This document shows positions 1-13,120 of a stretch of 64,000 nucleotides of DNA, one piece after another. Under the pieces are notes generated by a model. The model saw only the letters and a list, made by a program, of their open reading frames with translations, made no database searches and was not told the DNA's origin. This DNA is from Hemiscyllium ocellatum. Lineage: Eukaryota. Position 1 is the stretch's first letter; each line of letters begins with the position of its first letter. Both the position numbers and the translations under genes were made by a program. The stretch spans positions 55,924,001-55,988,000 of the forward strand of contig NC_083417.1 in assembly GCF_020745735.1 (NCBI RefSeq). The letters run 5' to 3'.

Positions 1-1405
1 ACAACTTCCCACTCCTATCCTTGATTGTTCCTAATCCTACTCGTCATTCTTTTATTCCTTATATACCTATAGAAAGCCTTAGGGTTTACCCTGATCCTAT
101 TCGCCAACAACTTCTCATGTCTCCTCCTGGCTCTTCTGAGCTCTCTCTTTAGGTCTTTCCTGGCTACCTTGTAACCCTCAAGCACCCTAACTGAGCCTTC
201 ACATCTCATCCTAACATAAGCCTGCTTCTTCCTCTTGACTAGAGATTCCACTTCCTTCGTAAACCATGGCTCCCGTGCTGTACAGCTTCCTCCCTGCCTG
301 ACAGGTACATACTTATCGAGGACACACAGGAGCTTTTCCTTGAATAAGCTCCACATTTCTCATGTGCCTATCCCCTGCAGTTTCCTTCTCCATCCTATAC
401 CTTGCCTAATCGCATCATAATTGCCTTTCCCCCAGCTGTAACTCTTGCCCAGTGATAGACATCTATCCCTTTCTATCACTAAAGTAAACATAACAGAATT
501 GTGATCGCAATCACCAAAGTGTTCACTATTTCCAAGTCTAATACCTTGCCGGGCTCATTACCCAGTACCAAATCTAATGTGGCCTCGCCCCTTGTTGGCC
601 TGTCTACATACTGTGTCAGGAAGTCCTCCTGCATACACTGGATAAAAACTGACCCATCTATAGTACTCGTACTATAGTGTTCCCAGTCAATATTTGGAAA
701 GTTGAAGTCCCCCATGACAACTACGCTGTCTCTCTCACTCCTATCGAGAATCATCTTTGCTATCCTTTCCTCTACATCTCTGGAACTTTTCGGAGGCCTA
801 TAGAAGACTCCCGACAGGTGACCTTTCCTGTTTCTAACTTAGCCCATACTACTTCAGTTGATGAGTCCCCAAACATCCTTTTTGCAACGTAATACTGTCC
901 TTGACCAACAATGCCACACCTCCCCCTCTTTTACCGTCTTCTCTGTTCTTACTGAAACATCTAAATCCTGGAACCTGCAACAACCATTCCTGTTCCTGCT
1001 CTAACCATGTCTCCAAAATGGCCACAACATCGAAGTCCCAGGTACCAACCCATGCTGAAAATTCACCCACCTTATTCCGGATGCTCCTGGCATTAAAGTA
1101 GACACACTTCAAACCAACTTCTTGCTTGCCGGTGCCATCTTGCATCCTTGAAACCTGATTTCGGACCCCCCTACTCTCAACCTTTTCTATACTTGAACTA
1201 CAATTTTGGTTCCCATCCCCCTGCTGGATTAGTTTAAACCCACCCCAATAGCCTTAGCGAATTTCCCCACCAGGATATTGCTACCCCTCTGGTTCAGATG
1301 AAGACCATCCTGCTTGTAGAGGTCCCACCTACCCCAGAAAGAACCCCAATTATCCAAGAATCCAAAACTATCCCTCCTGCACCATCCTTGTAGCCACATG
1401 TTCAA

Positions 1406-1442
<37 letters not shown>

Positions 1443-1850
1443 ATTCCTCGCCTCACTAACACATGGCACAGGCAACAAACCAGAGACAACAACTCTGTTT
1501 GTCCTAGCTCTAAGCTTCCATCCTAGCTCCCTGAATTTCTGCCTTAAATCCCCATCTCTCTTCCTACCTATGTCGTGGGTGTCTATGTGGTGAAAATGTG
1601 TTACTGGTTAAAGCACAGCAGGTTAGGCAGCATCCAAGGTACAGGAAATTCGACGTTTCGGGCCAGAGCCCTTCATCAGGAAAGGGTGTCTATGTGGACA
1701 AGAACTTGGGGCTGCTTCCCCTCCCCCTTAAGGATCCCAAAAACACGATCAGAGACATCACGAACCCTGGCACCTGGGGGGGCAACACACCCAACCGTGA
1801 GTCTCTCTCGTCCCCACAGAACCGCCTATCTGTCCCCCTAACTATGGAGT
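1..1850 (-). mobile_element. CR1-clade LINE fragment (3' part of ORF1 esterase/SGNH-like domain plus APE endonuclease start of ORF2), decayed; lies in the transglutaminase intron after exon 8
   Basis: Minus-strand ORFs contain WGRWDLYKQDGLHLNQRG (CR1 ORF1 esterase-like), LKCVYFNARSIRNK, VVVMGDFNFPNIDW, TRGEATLDLVL (APE motifs) and NPKAFYRYIRNKR; frameshifted. Confidence 0.9.
1591..1683 (-). mobile_element. Solo Penelope-like terminal-repeat fragment with intact minimal hammerhead core (1652-1679, minus)
   Basis: Reverse complement reads CTGATGA-A-GGGC-TCTG-GCCC-GAAAC-GTC-GAA; 14-bp TSD gggtgtctatgtgg at 1577-1590 and 1684-1697. Confidence 0.85.
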
Positions 1851-2147
1851 TCTATTCCAATATTTCTAATAATTTGAGCAGTAGGCTATAGAGGCAAAAT
1901 GGATTCATGTGTGGATTAAGGAACAGTGAAACATAATGAGTCATGGTGACTTTTCTTAAATCTCATTCAGTGTCAACTAGTCAACTAGCTTGATGGCTCT
2001 CAGTCTACCTTGGTAAAACAAAGCCTTCTTCTGATTCTTCTCACAGCCAAATACTAATTGTTGTGAATTTAACCTGGACACCATTAACTATATATATATA
2101 TATATAGAATATTTATATATTTATTGACAATTCAGTTCCAACATTAC

Positions 2148-2251
2148 CATCACTCTGTTCTTGTGGAGTAGGATCCAAGACCTGCCATCCGTCATAGCCA
2201 GGGGGAAGGTCAGGACGGGTCATCCATACTTCCAGCCAGCAATGGTAGTTC
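2148..2251 (-). CDS. Transglutaminase (TGM2-like) coding exon 8; catalytic His and Asp
   Basis: (W)[34 protein letters not shown]; cag acceptor, gtaatg donor; 104 nt. Confidence 0.95.
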
Positions 2252-2751
2252 CTGTGTGAACCACGTGTTAATGTGAAACGATTACAGTAGAAGTACTCAT
2301 CCTGATTCAGCAGGCCTACCGCAATGAGGATGCAGAAGTGCTAACAGTCATGTGTTGTCAAAATATTAACACTTGACCACTTGACACATCAAACAAGGAA
2401 GGGTGTCGACAACAGTGCTGAAGCCAGAGAATGGCTCTCTCTGATTCCAAAAGCAGAAAAGACCTCATATGTTATTTCCATCGGGGATAAGCCAAACTGT
2501 TTTGTTAATTGGGTGCTCATTAAATGCTCTCTTAAGAGTATGGAGTAGTCCATAGACTAGAAATCATGACAAAACAAGCAAAGGAAAGAGAAAAAGGTGA
2601 TTGGTAAATAAATAAAGGTTTTCCAAAATAACAAAAGCGCAAATGGGACAATTCTATGGATAGTTGCACTAAATTTATGATTTTTGAGAACTGTCACACA
2701 GCCATGCATATATGTAATGCCCATGAACAGGCACTGAAAGGGAATACCTAC

Positions 2752-2893
2752 CATACCATGTCTTTCTTTTTTGAAGGAATGCGCGAATAATCTTCACTGC
2801 TATAATACTGATCCACTTTGAGATTGCCATCAGTGTCATGAGCAGAAGAATAGTTTGTGATGCAACGACTCGGGATCCCCAAGCATCTGAGAA
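2752..2893 (-). CDS. Transglutaminase coding exon 7
   Basis: [31 protein letters not shown]...DMVW; tttccag acceptor, gtaggt donor, phase consistent with exon 8. Confidence 0.93.
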
Positions 2894-3846
2894 CTGGAAA
2901 ACCAAATGCAAGTACAGTGAGAAATATATCCATTTCCAACTGGCAATTCAAGGCACGGCCAAGTTCGTAAGTACTTATCAAACTTTCCCTATTAGTCACA
3001 CACTACAGTCATTGCCAGTGAGCAACTCAGTCATAAAATTCAGGGAATTTTTGATCCCCAGTCTGAGAATTAGTTGGTGATTTCAGCTGAGGATACTACA
3101 GGTTTGTCTCAACAAGAGTGAAATTAAGGAAGGGAAGAAATAAGCCAAGAATGTGACCCTATATTGATATTCCTGGGCAGAAATTTACATTGAGTGTTGG
3201 GCTTGTCTGCCCGATGTCATAAAGCACTGGGGGCACATTAAATTAGTGCCTCTCAGTGGCAGGAAGTCCCACCCTCTGGGGTTATATCCAGTGTAATTGC
3301 CCAAACAGTGCCAGATCTCCATAGTGGTCACTGCTGGGACTGCAGATAAATCCATGAGCGATTAATCAGCCCCCTGACCCAAGGAGGTTGGGGGTATAGG
3401 GCATTGAGGGTTTTGCTGCCTTTGAGAGGGCCTGTAGATATGGATTTGAACATTTGTCTCAGTAGGAAGTCAGAGGGTTACTGTTTTCTGGGGCTGTGTC
3501 TCCAGAGGGCAAGTGGAACCCTCCAAAGATGAGACTCCACCTTCCCTCTATCCATTTTGAAAACTTTTGTAAAAGCAGATTGCCCAGTCCCACTCACCTG
3601 CCCTGGCCAATTTTGTTAAGGACAGTGTAACATTCGGGTTAACAGAGTTTCTTTATTAAAAGGTGCTCAATTGACCCTTAATTACAGATTGATGGTGCCG
3701 CCTGCCCAGCCCTTTATTATGTTGGAGAGCTTTGAGTGGGGGGGGGGGGGTGTAAGGTGGGGTGGGTATCCATGAAGCATCTTCCAGAGAGAGAAAGATC
3801 TGAGGCTGCCTCACAAAGATGTGTGGGAAACCTCACAGGATCTTAC

Positions 3847-4024
3847 CTGTGCAAGCTACAGCAGCAAAGACCCAGCACTGCCCATATCGGACTTTCTCAG
3901 CTCCAGAACCACTCCACAGGCGCAAAATTGGGAGACTCCCAGTCCATCGGGTCGGGGCAATCCCATCAGCATAATTACCATCCCATCTTCCCAAAAGCAC
4001 CCCTTTATCATCATTCGCATTCAC
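3847..4024 (-). CDS. Transglutaminase coding exon 6; active-site Cys (GQCWVFA)
   Basis: [37 protein letters not shown]...[15 protein letters not shown]; gtaaga donor; acceptor is an unusual GAG; 178 nt. Confidence 0.95.
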
Positions 4025-6169
4025 CTCGGAGGATGAAAATGTAATAACTAGTTGTCTCTTCAGTAATAAAATGAACAAATATGCACACCATCTTCTGACA
4101 AAGAAAGGGTCTCTAAATGAAGGTGGGGCTTTATTAAGCAGATTTAATATACAAACCATTCTGACACAGAGGTAGTTTTAATAAAAGGAATCAGTTGTAG
4201 ATTACATTTTATATTTTATTGACTTTAAGAATAGTGTGGTGCATTTTATCCATTAACAAAAAAGAGTTAAACTTGCTTATCCAGTACTGGGTACTATCTG
4301 AGGCCATCTTTTGATGTCGCCAGCCAGTCTCAGATTGTGTACAATGTGAAATACATGCCAAATATTAGCCAGACCATTTGGGATCATTAAAAGAAACCTT
4401 TTATACTTAAAGAGCTTGGATTCCTTCTTTCCAACAAATTTTCGTGGTGGTTGATGAATAGGAATAGCTTGTAAATTCTAGGAGTAAATAAAACAATCCT
4501 TACCTTATTTACAGCTGATCTTGCACATAGCTGACTGGCTACCTGGCTCGTTATTGGTACAAATAAGAGACAAACAAATCTCTGTGCGTCGTTTTTAATG
4601 AGTTATTTCATCTGTACTTTAAATTTAATGTTGTAAACAGGGTTAAAAGGAGTACACATTTTAGAGGAAGCCATCGGGTCAAAACCACAGACAAAACTAT
4701 GCTTTCATTAGCTTCAAAAACAAGAATTATTAGGTTCACAATGATCCTATGCTACTGAATGGTGAGCCTACATTAACAATATTACAGATGCATTTCAGCC
4801 ATGCCACTAAGAAGTGGTGACCATGGTGAAAAGGTACATTATAATGGGGATAAGGGAAAAAGTCCCACTTGAGGACTGAATGGCCAATGTTTAGGATTCA
4901 GTTAGTTTTCAATAATGATTTTTTAAAAATTTGTTTAAAAAGCAACCTCTGCTCCATTGTAGTTATTTGCTATGCAATTTCTGACAGGCAGTCACAAGCC
5001 CCAGGTCAAAAGTAAGATCACGGGTTTATGTTTTTATGGTTGTTTTTAGGGCTCAAACTAATGTAAACATAGGCTAATAAATGTCAAAATGCTTTAAGGT
5101 ACAGCGTATTAACTCAAAAACACAGCTATGTTTTAAAATGGTTTAAGTTTTGTAACTTTGACTATGTATGTATTTTAGTTTTACATGGTGTGTTGTTGAG
5201 TTTTAATTTGTTTCAGGTACGAACAGTTAGTGAGTTACAGGTGTTGCTAAATTCCAGAATTTTTCAATGCATTAATTGGAACATGTGGGATGATGTTAAG
5301 TAACTGGAAAAAGTTGGGGGGGGGGGGGTCACATATACAAGCAAGAAAATTCATACATTTCTACACTGGTAGCGTGTTAACTCTGTAAAGATTGTGGAGT
5401 TGGCAAGCTATGAGGGTTAAGCTGTTACTAAAGGGTTGATCTTATAAAGTGATTGATATGTCAAAGAACAAATCAGGAGACAGCAGGAAGTGCTATCAGT
5501 AAGATGACCATTAAAGATACCAGTACCAAATTGGGCATACAGTGTAGTGTTTAGCTAATCTGAGAATGATTATGCTCTGTTCAAGCATTGGCAAACCAAT
5601 TAAAGTTTACAATGTCTCTGATCATGCACAGAAGGTAGTGAATAGCAAAGGTTAGTCAGTGATTATCCTTCAGGGTTCGGTGCAGAAGAAGACTGAAGAT
5701 AGGAGAGAACTTCTGTCAACAACAGATAACAAGAGGCACACACCCTGTCAATAAGTGCCACATTCTGGTGTCCTGAAGTGGATCAACTGAAAAATCACAG
5801 ATTCACTTAGGGAAATGTCTTTTGCATTTGTTATGATGAACTTAATAATTTCTGTGAAACCTTTGAAAACATATTTGCATCAGGAACAGGTTTTGGAACT
5901 AATCAGGTAAACTTCTGGGTGGCTCAGCTAAATAGATTAAGTGTCAACTTATGACATCTTCCAAGATATGACAATGGGGAGCAACACGATTGGGAGAGAT
6001 TCCTGAGCAGCCATGTGACGGAATAGAAATTGGTATCACTACCATCACTATCCATAACTCCAGGCTCCAACATGCATATAAAAGTGTAAAGTGTCACAGC
6101 AATGAGTGTGTTTTTGTGCGCATGTGCGTGTGTGTGTACATACACATGTGCTTCTTGGTTTGAATGTAC

Positions 6170-6637
6170 TAACACACATACACAGACAAACATCGACTGC
6201 ACCTGGAGGACCATCAACTCAATGAAAGACGCTCATTGGTATGCCCAAAACGTGTTGGTTTTCCAGAAGAAGGAATTGACCTTGAACGAGAGTTGCAGAC
6301 TGGCACGTTCTAAGGTCCAGGACTACATGCTGAGCGACGCACTAAAGCTTGGGGCAGCTGCTGCCAAGACACAGTGGGGAAAGACCACTGTCTGCGGTCT
6401 TCCTGCTGAGGTTAGTTCAAGATCTGTTCAGTTCATGGACCCTCCTTGTGCCTCAAATGCATATAAATATAGTCTTGTATATGTAAGAGAGATTTTTGTT
6501 TGGATAGAGTCAAACTCCAGTGTTTGTTTGTTTCCTTGATATGCTATTGTACAGAACCAAATTATGTTTGTGACTATGTATATATACACAAAGACTTTTT
6601 TTTTATAAATAAAGTCTATTCTTGAAATACAAAAAAC
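6170..6637 (+). mobile_element. 3' end of an L1/Tx1-like non-LTR retrotransposon
   Basis: ORF remnant ...CRLARSKVQDYMLSDALKLGAAAAKTQWGKTTV, then AATAAA (~6608) and an A-rich tail; second copy of the same sequence near 13975-14600. Confidence 0.6.
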
Positions 6638-6819
6638 TGTTTAAGTGTGCTGCTTGGTTTGAATGAATCAGTAGGAGCCTATAGCAAAGGGTTTTCCCTG
6701 TACATCCATGGAGTAGATTGCAGGGCTATAATTCAGACCTCCCTTCAGGCAGAGAACTGAAGAAGAAATACTTCTTAAGGACATCTACATTAAAAAAAAT
6801 TAGACATCTCCAAACTCAC

Positions 6820-6948
6820 CATTGCGGTCACTATTCTGCTGACATATACAGGATCATTTCTCCTTGCAACATCAGCCAATGGATCTTTAAGAGCAGAGAG
6901 ACTGTTGTCCAAAATTTGAAAGCAAATATCAATGACATCTTTTTCAAA
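6820..6948 (-). CDS. Transglutaminase coding exon 5
   Basis: FEKDVIDICFQILDNSLSALKDPLADVARRNDPVYVSRIVTAM; cag/gtgag; 129 nt. Confidence 0.95.
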
Positions 6949-7050
6949 CTGTGAACAAATGACAAAAGATGGAACTATATCTTGGAAGAACACACTAAAA
7001 ATGCATAAGAAGTGGTAGATGGATTGTGGAAAATTAAGAGGAAATATTAC

Positions 7051-7169
7051 TTGTCCAAAATTCCATGGTAATGTGTAGATGTTGGTATATGAGCCATGAT
7101 AGAGCAATCCATTCTCATTCAGAATATACTCCTGCAACAAGTCTTCGTCAGGCAGGTATACAGCATCCT
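7051..7169 (-). CDS. Transglutaminase coding exon 4
   Basis: EDAVYLPDEDLLQEYILNENGLLYHGSYTNIYTLPWNFGQ; cag/gtaata; 119 nt. Confidence 0.95.
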
Positions 7170-7527
7170 CTGAGGGGATAGGAAACATCAATTCCAAACA
7201 ATGCCACATTCATCCTTTTAGCTCTACTTCATTTGCACTTTATTTGCACTCAGCCAGCTCAATCACTTCTCTGTAGGAGACACTTAAACCAAACACAGCA
7301 TTCCTGAGCTGAATGGCAGAAACATAGTAAGAATGTTTGGTTGAAGAATGGTCATCGAGCTGAAACATTTCCTCTATTTCATTTCTCTCTCCACAGATGC
7401 TCCAAGACCGCTGAGTCTTTACTGCATTCTCTACTCTTGTCGTAGGTTTTGAGAATTTGAACTAATTTGCTTTGACAATGAGTTCCTACAGTTATTAGCA
7501 GAATCAGCTGACAAGGGTACCTGTTGG

Positions 7528-7657
7528 GCGAAAGTGAGGAATGCTGATGCTGGAGATCAGAGTCAAGATTAGAGTGGTGCTGGAAAAGCACAGCAGGTCA
7601 GGCAGCATCCGAGGAGCAGGAAAATAGACGTTTTGGGCAGGAGTCCTTCATTAGGAA
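7528..7657 (-). mobile_element. Solo Penelope-like terminal-repeat fragment, hammerhead core degenerate
   Basis: Same family sequence (gtgctggaaaagcacagcaggtcaggcagcatcc); core mutated to CTAATGA...CAAAACGTC; 9-bp TSD acctgttgg at 7519-7527 and 7658-7666. Confidence 0.75.
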
Positions 7658-10600
7658 ACCTGTTGGACCAGTACATTATTTACAAGAGCCTTACTCACGT
7701 GTTGAAGTGAGAAATACACTCCATCTTGTCTCTGTAAATACTTCCTAATTTGTTCTGGCCTTACAAATCTATGTTCTCTATATATCGTCCCTTCTTCCCC
7801 AACATTACCAGTGACAGAGCCTGCAGTCATTTCACTACACACACTCAAACTTCCTCCCTAAAATCTCTCAGTCAGACTGTGCTTGTTGTCTCCCTAAATC
7901 AAAATATTCCTTAAAACTGTCTCTTTTATCATGTTTTACAACTAGTTCTGCTATTTACTATTTTCTACCCCAACAGAGACCCATCCTCCACTTTGTTAAG
8001 TACCTTGGCGGGGGGGTTTGCCATTAGAAATGGGATACACAATTATAATTTGCTGTTGTTGCAGTTACACAGAATGCGCTAGCTTTTGCAAACGCTGCAC
8101 ATGTCCTTGTTTTAAGCTTTATAAAAACTGACTGAAATAACCAATTCCTCCTCAGGTTAGTAATAGCTTATTACCACTGCACTCAACATTGTATACTTAT
8201 ATTCAACAAATTTGTTGAATATTAAACAGTGTCATGAAATTCCTTCCCTTATTCAGGGTGCTCATTTCTAGCACTGATGAAGTAAAGATTTTATCATATC
8301 CAAAAATGGCAGAGTTGATGAAATTCACAGGATCTATGCCTGAATGACTTGCTAAGTTGCCATTCTACTCTAGTAATGGTAACTATTTACCACTGCATAA
8401 ACACATGATAAGGAAATGCAATGTGGCGTTAGTATCATCGAGCTGGGCTTTAATGTCAAAGTTCACTGCAGGCCTGGAGTATGAAATTGCCAACAGTCAG
8501 GAAACAAGGCGGTTAAGTTGCTAGCGAGATATTTCTCACTGACAAACAGTAGACTATTCCACTGCTCTGTGTTGCATATATTCTCTGTATTAAAGATAGT
8601 TAAGTGAAAACTAGGTCATGGTCTTGGCATGACTACAGCGTTCTTTATCTAAATGAAATGTTTAGAATTTTTTTAGGAGAGCTGCAATATATGAAAGAGT
8701 GTGCTGTGCAAGTTTGATTGTGGGTACTTTTAGAATTTGGTATATATCGTGCAGACATTAAAGCTCTGTCTTATGGCGTACATGTGATTACCAAGACCAT
8801 TTAACAGCACACAGTGAACACTACACTTAGATTCTCTGAAGGTACACACATAGGTGCCAAATAACTTAATTGCATAATTCTTCTCTCAGTGATTTCATCA
8901 GTGAAGCAAATAACAAAATACTCTTATGCAGTTCTACAAAAACTAAATACGCCTGCAAAATTTATGTTCCCACAGCAGTAGCAGCTACTCCTTATAGATA
9001 AGTAATAAGGTTTACAAATCTTATTTAGCAGAGTAGATTCAAAGAGTTGGGGCTCAGCATTTTAATGAAGCATTCATCTAGGAATGTGTTTGTGCAGTCT
9101 TTTTTAAATTGACCAGGCAAAACTCCAAAGCTGAGGTAATGTAATAAATGTCAGAACTGATACTCCAAAGGGTTGGCCTACAGAACAAAATGTTTTGGAT
9201 GGATTTTGAACAGGAGATCAGTATAGTGAAATAACTTTTTGTCTTATAGATGTTATCTTTTTCAGATTTCCATCACTGCTGGATTGAGAAACAATACAGC
9301 CAAAGAATTTAGGAAAACAATCATGTATATGATCTGTTTGGATGCTTGTATGGTTAATGGATGAAAGGGAACTGATTGTATAATTGTCTGGTTGCCCATT
9401 TCTCAGCAACACTTCTTACTACTTCCAATTATATCGTATTTAATCATAGATTGGTAATTGATAACTTGATAAGTAGTTCTGAGAGTCAATTATCGTTTTG
9501 CCTGTAGAGCTTTATCGCCTAGCCCACAATGCCCACATTCCTCAACTGAATTTAAAAAACCTTGGAAGCATCGTCACTCCATAAACACAGCGTAGCAAAG
9601 GTTTAAATAATGTAATGGTTTCCTTTTTTTCTCATTGATGAACTCTCTCATTTGGAGGCTGTACCTTCTGTTATTGCTCCTAGGTTTGTTGTATGGGTTT
9701 GTATGAATCTGCTTCACTGAGCCTCAGCTATAAATCATTGTTTTACCCAATGATCCATCTCTCCATCTCTCTCTCTCTCTCAACCAGGTTGTTGGTTCAA
9801 GCCCTACTTAAGATTTAAGCACATCAACTACACTGAAAGTTTATTGTCAACGGGACTATCTTTCAAAGGTCCTGACTACCATCATTACCAAATGGATTAC
9901 CTGATCATTGCCCATTGTGGCATTTTGCTACACACAAGCTGGTTTCGTTGGTTACTTCTAAAACAGTGACTATATCAGAGAGTATCACCTTGATTGTGAA
10001 ATGCTTTGGCCATGTGAAAAGTCAAAATACATTTTCTTTTACTATTCACAATATCATTCCTAGAGGAAAGGGATATTTTATGAGCACAAATTCTTTAACA
10101 TTCCTTTTAACTGGAACTGCTTCTCTCAAAGACCACACAGACACAGAGCACACTGAATGGAGCTGAACTGTGTGTTCTATTTCGAATCACCCCCAATACT
10201 TTCATATCATCTCCAACAGCCTTTCTTTTGTATTGAAAACTTTCTAGTTAAATATTGCCACTCCTTCCCTATTGTTGAGTTAAAATCCTGGAACTCCCTA
10301 GCTACATAGTGGGCTGTGCCTACACCACCTGGATTGCAGTAGTTCAAGAGGACAGCTCACAAACACCTTTTCCAGGGCAATTAGGGATTTGCAATAAAGC
10401 AGCCACAACCACATCCCTTGACTGAATAAAAAAACAATGAAGTCAGAGGTTTTCAAAGAGAGATAGATTTCTATAAGATTATTAGGTTTATTTTCATTTA
10501 GAGAAAGTACTATTCTATACTGTAAGAGCAATGATTTGAGGGTGCTGCACCTTTCCTTTGCCTGGTTAACATGGACTTTGACAAATTAAGTTCAGTCTTA

Positions 10601-10664
10601 TTGGGTGGGTGTCTGGAGAAATCCATGAGAATATATTGACATGAAAAGTCATTTCCTCATTGCA

Positions 10665-11270
10665 CATTATGAACCAGGCCAGATCTCCTCAAAACATTTC
10701 AAGAAATTAGCCCGGACCCTAACATTGCTAGTTGTTTTAAGCAGGTGTAAGTGGATATTCCAGGAGCGATGCAGCTGGTTAAACAACTTAGTTTTAAACA
10801 AATCAGAATTTATTTGCAAGATTACCAAATGAAACACAAACAAAAGAGAACAGAATACAGAATAACTTAGCCTATCCCAATTTAGTGATGCTGTTCCAAA
10901 TTCCTATAACAATCCCCACAAACACCCGTTGGCAGAACGTGGGTAAAATCAAACACAGGGTCTAACAGGAGAGATGTCAGAGAGAGGGAGGATCAGCATG
11001 GACCTGCCCCTTTGAGACCAGCAGCTTCACATCTGACTGACTGCTTTCAATGAACAGTCAGATTGCTAAAACCAACTCAAACCAAACCATAGAAGAGCTG
11101 AGCTGGGAGAACTGGCCACTCCTCTTTCACTGTACAAGTGTTTTTCAAAAAATCTTAAAAGAAACTCAATAGCTAAACCCAGATTTTTTAGAATCCTGTT
11201 TTTACAACCTCTCTTAAATAAAAAGGCATAAACAGCATAGTTTTGTTAAAGGAGCCATATCATCCCCATC
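10665..11270. mobile_element. Solo LTR-like repeat (copy 1 of 3)
   Basis: Similar over ~600 bp to 27302-27895 and ~56550-57138 (ccaggccaga...ctcaaaacatttcaaga...gggagaactggccactcc...aaaggagc). Confidence 0.7.
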
Positions 11271-11438
11271 TCAGAAAGTTTCAATGTATTTGAAGTTGCC
11301 TTTAGAAGGGAAAATTAAACTGGTACATAATTAAAACACGACTTGTACATTTAGCACAGGAGTATTCCTCAGGAGATACACATTGCCATTACAAATATAT
11401 CTATTAAAAGATGCATGTCCTCTCAGCCATTTATTTAC

Positions 11439-11681
11439 CTTGACACCAGGGGTTGAAGAGTAGGTGAAAATCTCCTGCTGTGATCTGTTGAATGGATGCA
11501 CCTCCACTCGGGTAAAGGACCAGGTAGATTTGATAGTGGCCAGTGCAGGCATTTGGTGGACTCTGGACAGCCAGGTGAACATATCCTGGAGTTGCCTGGA
11601 GACGGAATGTCCATTTGCCCCTCTTCAGCTTAGAGTGCAGTACTTGAATTCGAGTCCCATCTGCTTCTGATGGGGCAGGCC
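11439..11681 (-). CDS. Transglutaminase coding exon 3
   Basis: GPAPSEADGTRIQV...SPPNACTGHYQI...GDFHLLFNPWCQ; cag/gtaaat; 243 nt. Confidence 0.95.
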
Positions 11682-11871
11682 CTGTATTGATGGTTACATA
11701 TCTCAACCGAAGCACACTTCCAACCTAATCACCTCCCTCAGAAAATAGAACGGGAGGGAACAATGAATACTGAACCTTAATCCAACCCAGATATTCAAGA
11801 GTCAACCCAAATAACCATTCCAAACTAATTCAAGATTCACTTTATATATAGGGCACACATGTATTTTGACT

Positions 11872-13040
11872 TGAAAACAACAAATGCTGGTGATCACAGC
11901 AGGTTCTTTGGAGAGAGACCAAGCTAACATTTCAAGTCTAGATGACTCTTCATCAGACCTGAACTGAAATGTGGGAGGGTTTATACTATAGTTTGGGGCA
12001 GGGTGGTGGGATGTGAAGTGCTGGAGAAGAAAGAATGTTGATAGTTCAGATTAAGTGATCGGAATGTGAGAATGGCAGAACAATAGTGTGTCTGACTGCC
12101 AAACAGGGAAGAACAGACTGTTCCACTGGAATGGGGGGGAATGGGAGAGAGGACATGGAGACAGAGAATATAACATGTAAAGCTAAAAGAAAGGGATGGA
12201 TTAGGAGTGGGTTCACAATTTGAAAGTGTTGAACTCAATATTAAATCCAGAAGGCTGCTAAGTGCCTGTTCTGAAGATGACATGTTGGTTCTCTAGTGTG
12301 TGCCGTGATTCATTGGAGCATCACAGCATGCTGAGGGGACAGTGAGCATGCAAGCTGGACTCTGTTAAAATGAGAGGTGACAGGAATGTCTGAGTCCTAC
12401 TTGCATACAGACCAGAGGTTTTCTGCAAAGTGGCCACCCAGCCTGCGTTTGGTTTCTCCAATGTAGAGGTGAAAACAATGATTGCAGATGCTGGAAAACA
12501 GATTCTAGATTAGAGTGGTGCTGGAAAAGCACAGCAGTTCAGGCAGCATCCCAGGAGCAGGAAAATCGACATTTCAGGCAAACCTCTATTCCTGATGAAG
12601 GGCTTTTGCCTGAAATGTCGATTTTCCTGCTCTTCGGATGCTGCCTGAACTGCTGTGCGTTTCCAGCACCACTCTAATCTCCAATGTAGAGTAGGCCACA
12701 TTGGGTGCAGACAATACAATACATAAGATTGGAGGAGGTACAAGTGAAATGCTGTTTCACCTAGAAAGACTGTTTAGGCCCTTAGATGGTGAGCAAGGAG
12801 ATGATGAAGGGGCAGGTGTTGCACCTTCTGTGGTTACTTGGGAAGGTGGCCGAGGGAAGGGAGGTTGTAGTGGTTGATGAATGGACTAGGGTGACCCAGA
12901 GGGAACCATTCCTGTGAAATGCAGATGGGGGGAGTGAGGGGGAGATGTGAATGGTGATGGCGTTCTGCTGGAGTTGTCTGAAATGGCAATAATGGTCCTT
13001 TGAGTGTGGAGGCTGGTAGGATGAAAAGTGAAGACAAGCT
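11872..13040 (-). mobile_element. Decayed Penelope-like element 3' part (Zn-knuckle/GIY-YIG remnant plus terminal repeat with decayed hammerhead at ~11925-11956)
   Basis: Minus-strand remnants RRCNTCPF and ...CTQCGLLYIGET; terminal ctgatgaa-gagtc-atcta-gactt-gaaatgtt. Confidence 0.75.
12469..12677. mobile_element. Palindromic Penelope terminal-repeat mini-element with hammerhead core on + (12592-12619), nested in an older Penelope copy
   Basis: Inverted arms ~12507-12582 and ~12605-12680; 14-bp TSD tctccaatgtagag at 12455-12468 and 12678-12691. Confidence 0.88.
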
Positions 13041-13120
13041 TGAAACCGAAAGCGGGATGTGTGCTGTTCTGGCGGAGTCTTAAACCGAGCGAGTCCGGAC
13101 GAGTTAACCTCAGCACAAAC

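Noticed and set aside
7320-7430. Additional very decayed hammerhead/Penelope-terminus-like remnants (also ~15725, ~16065-16190, ~45400-45490, ~48810-48910, ~59000-59060)
   Set aside because: Too degenerate to define cores, boundaries or TSDs by eye
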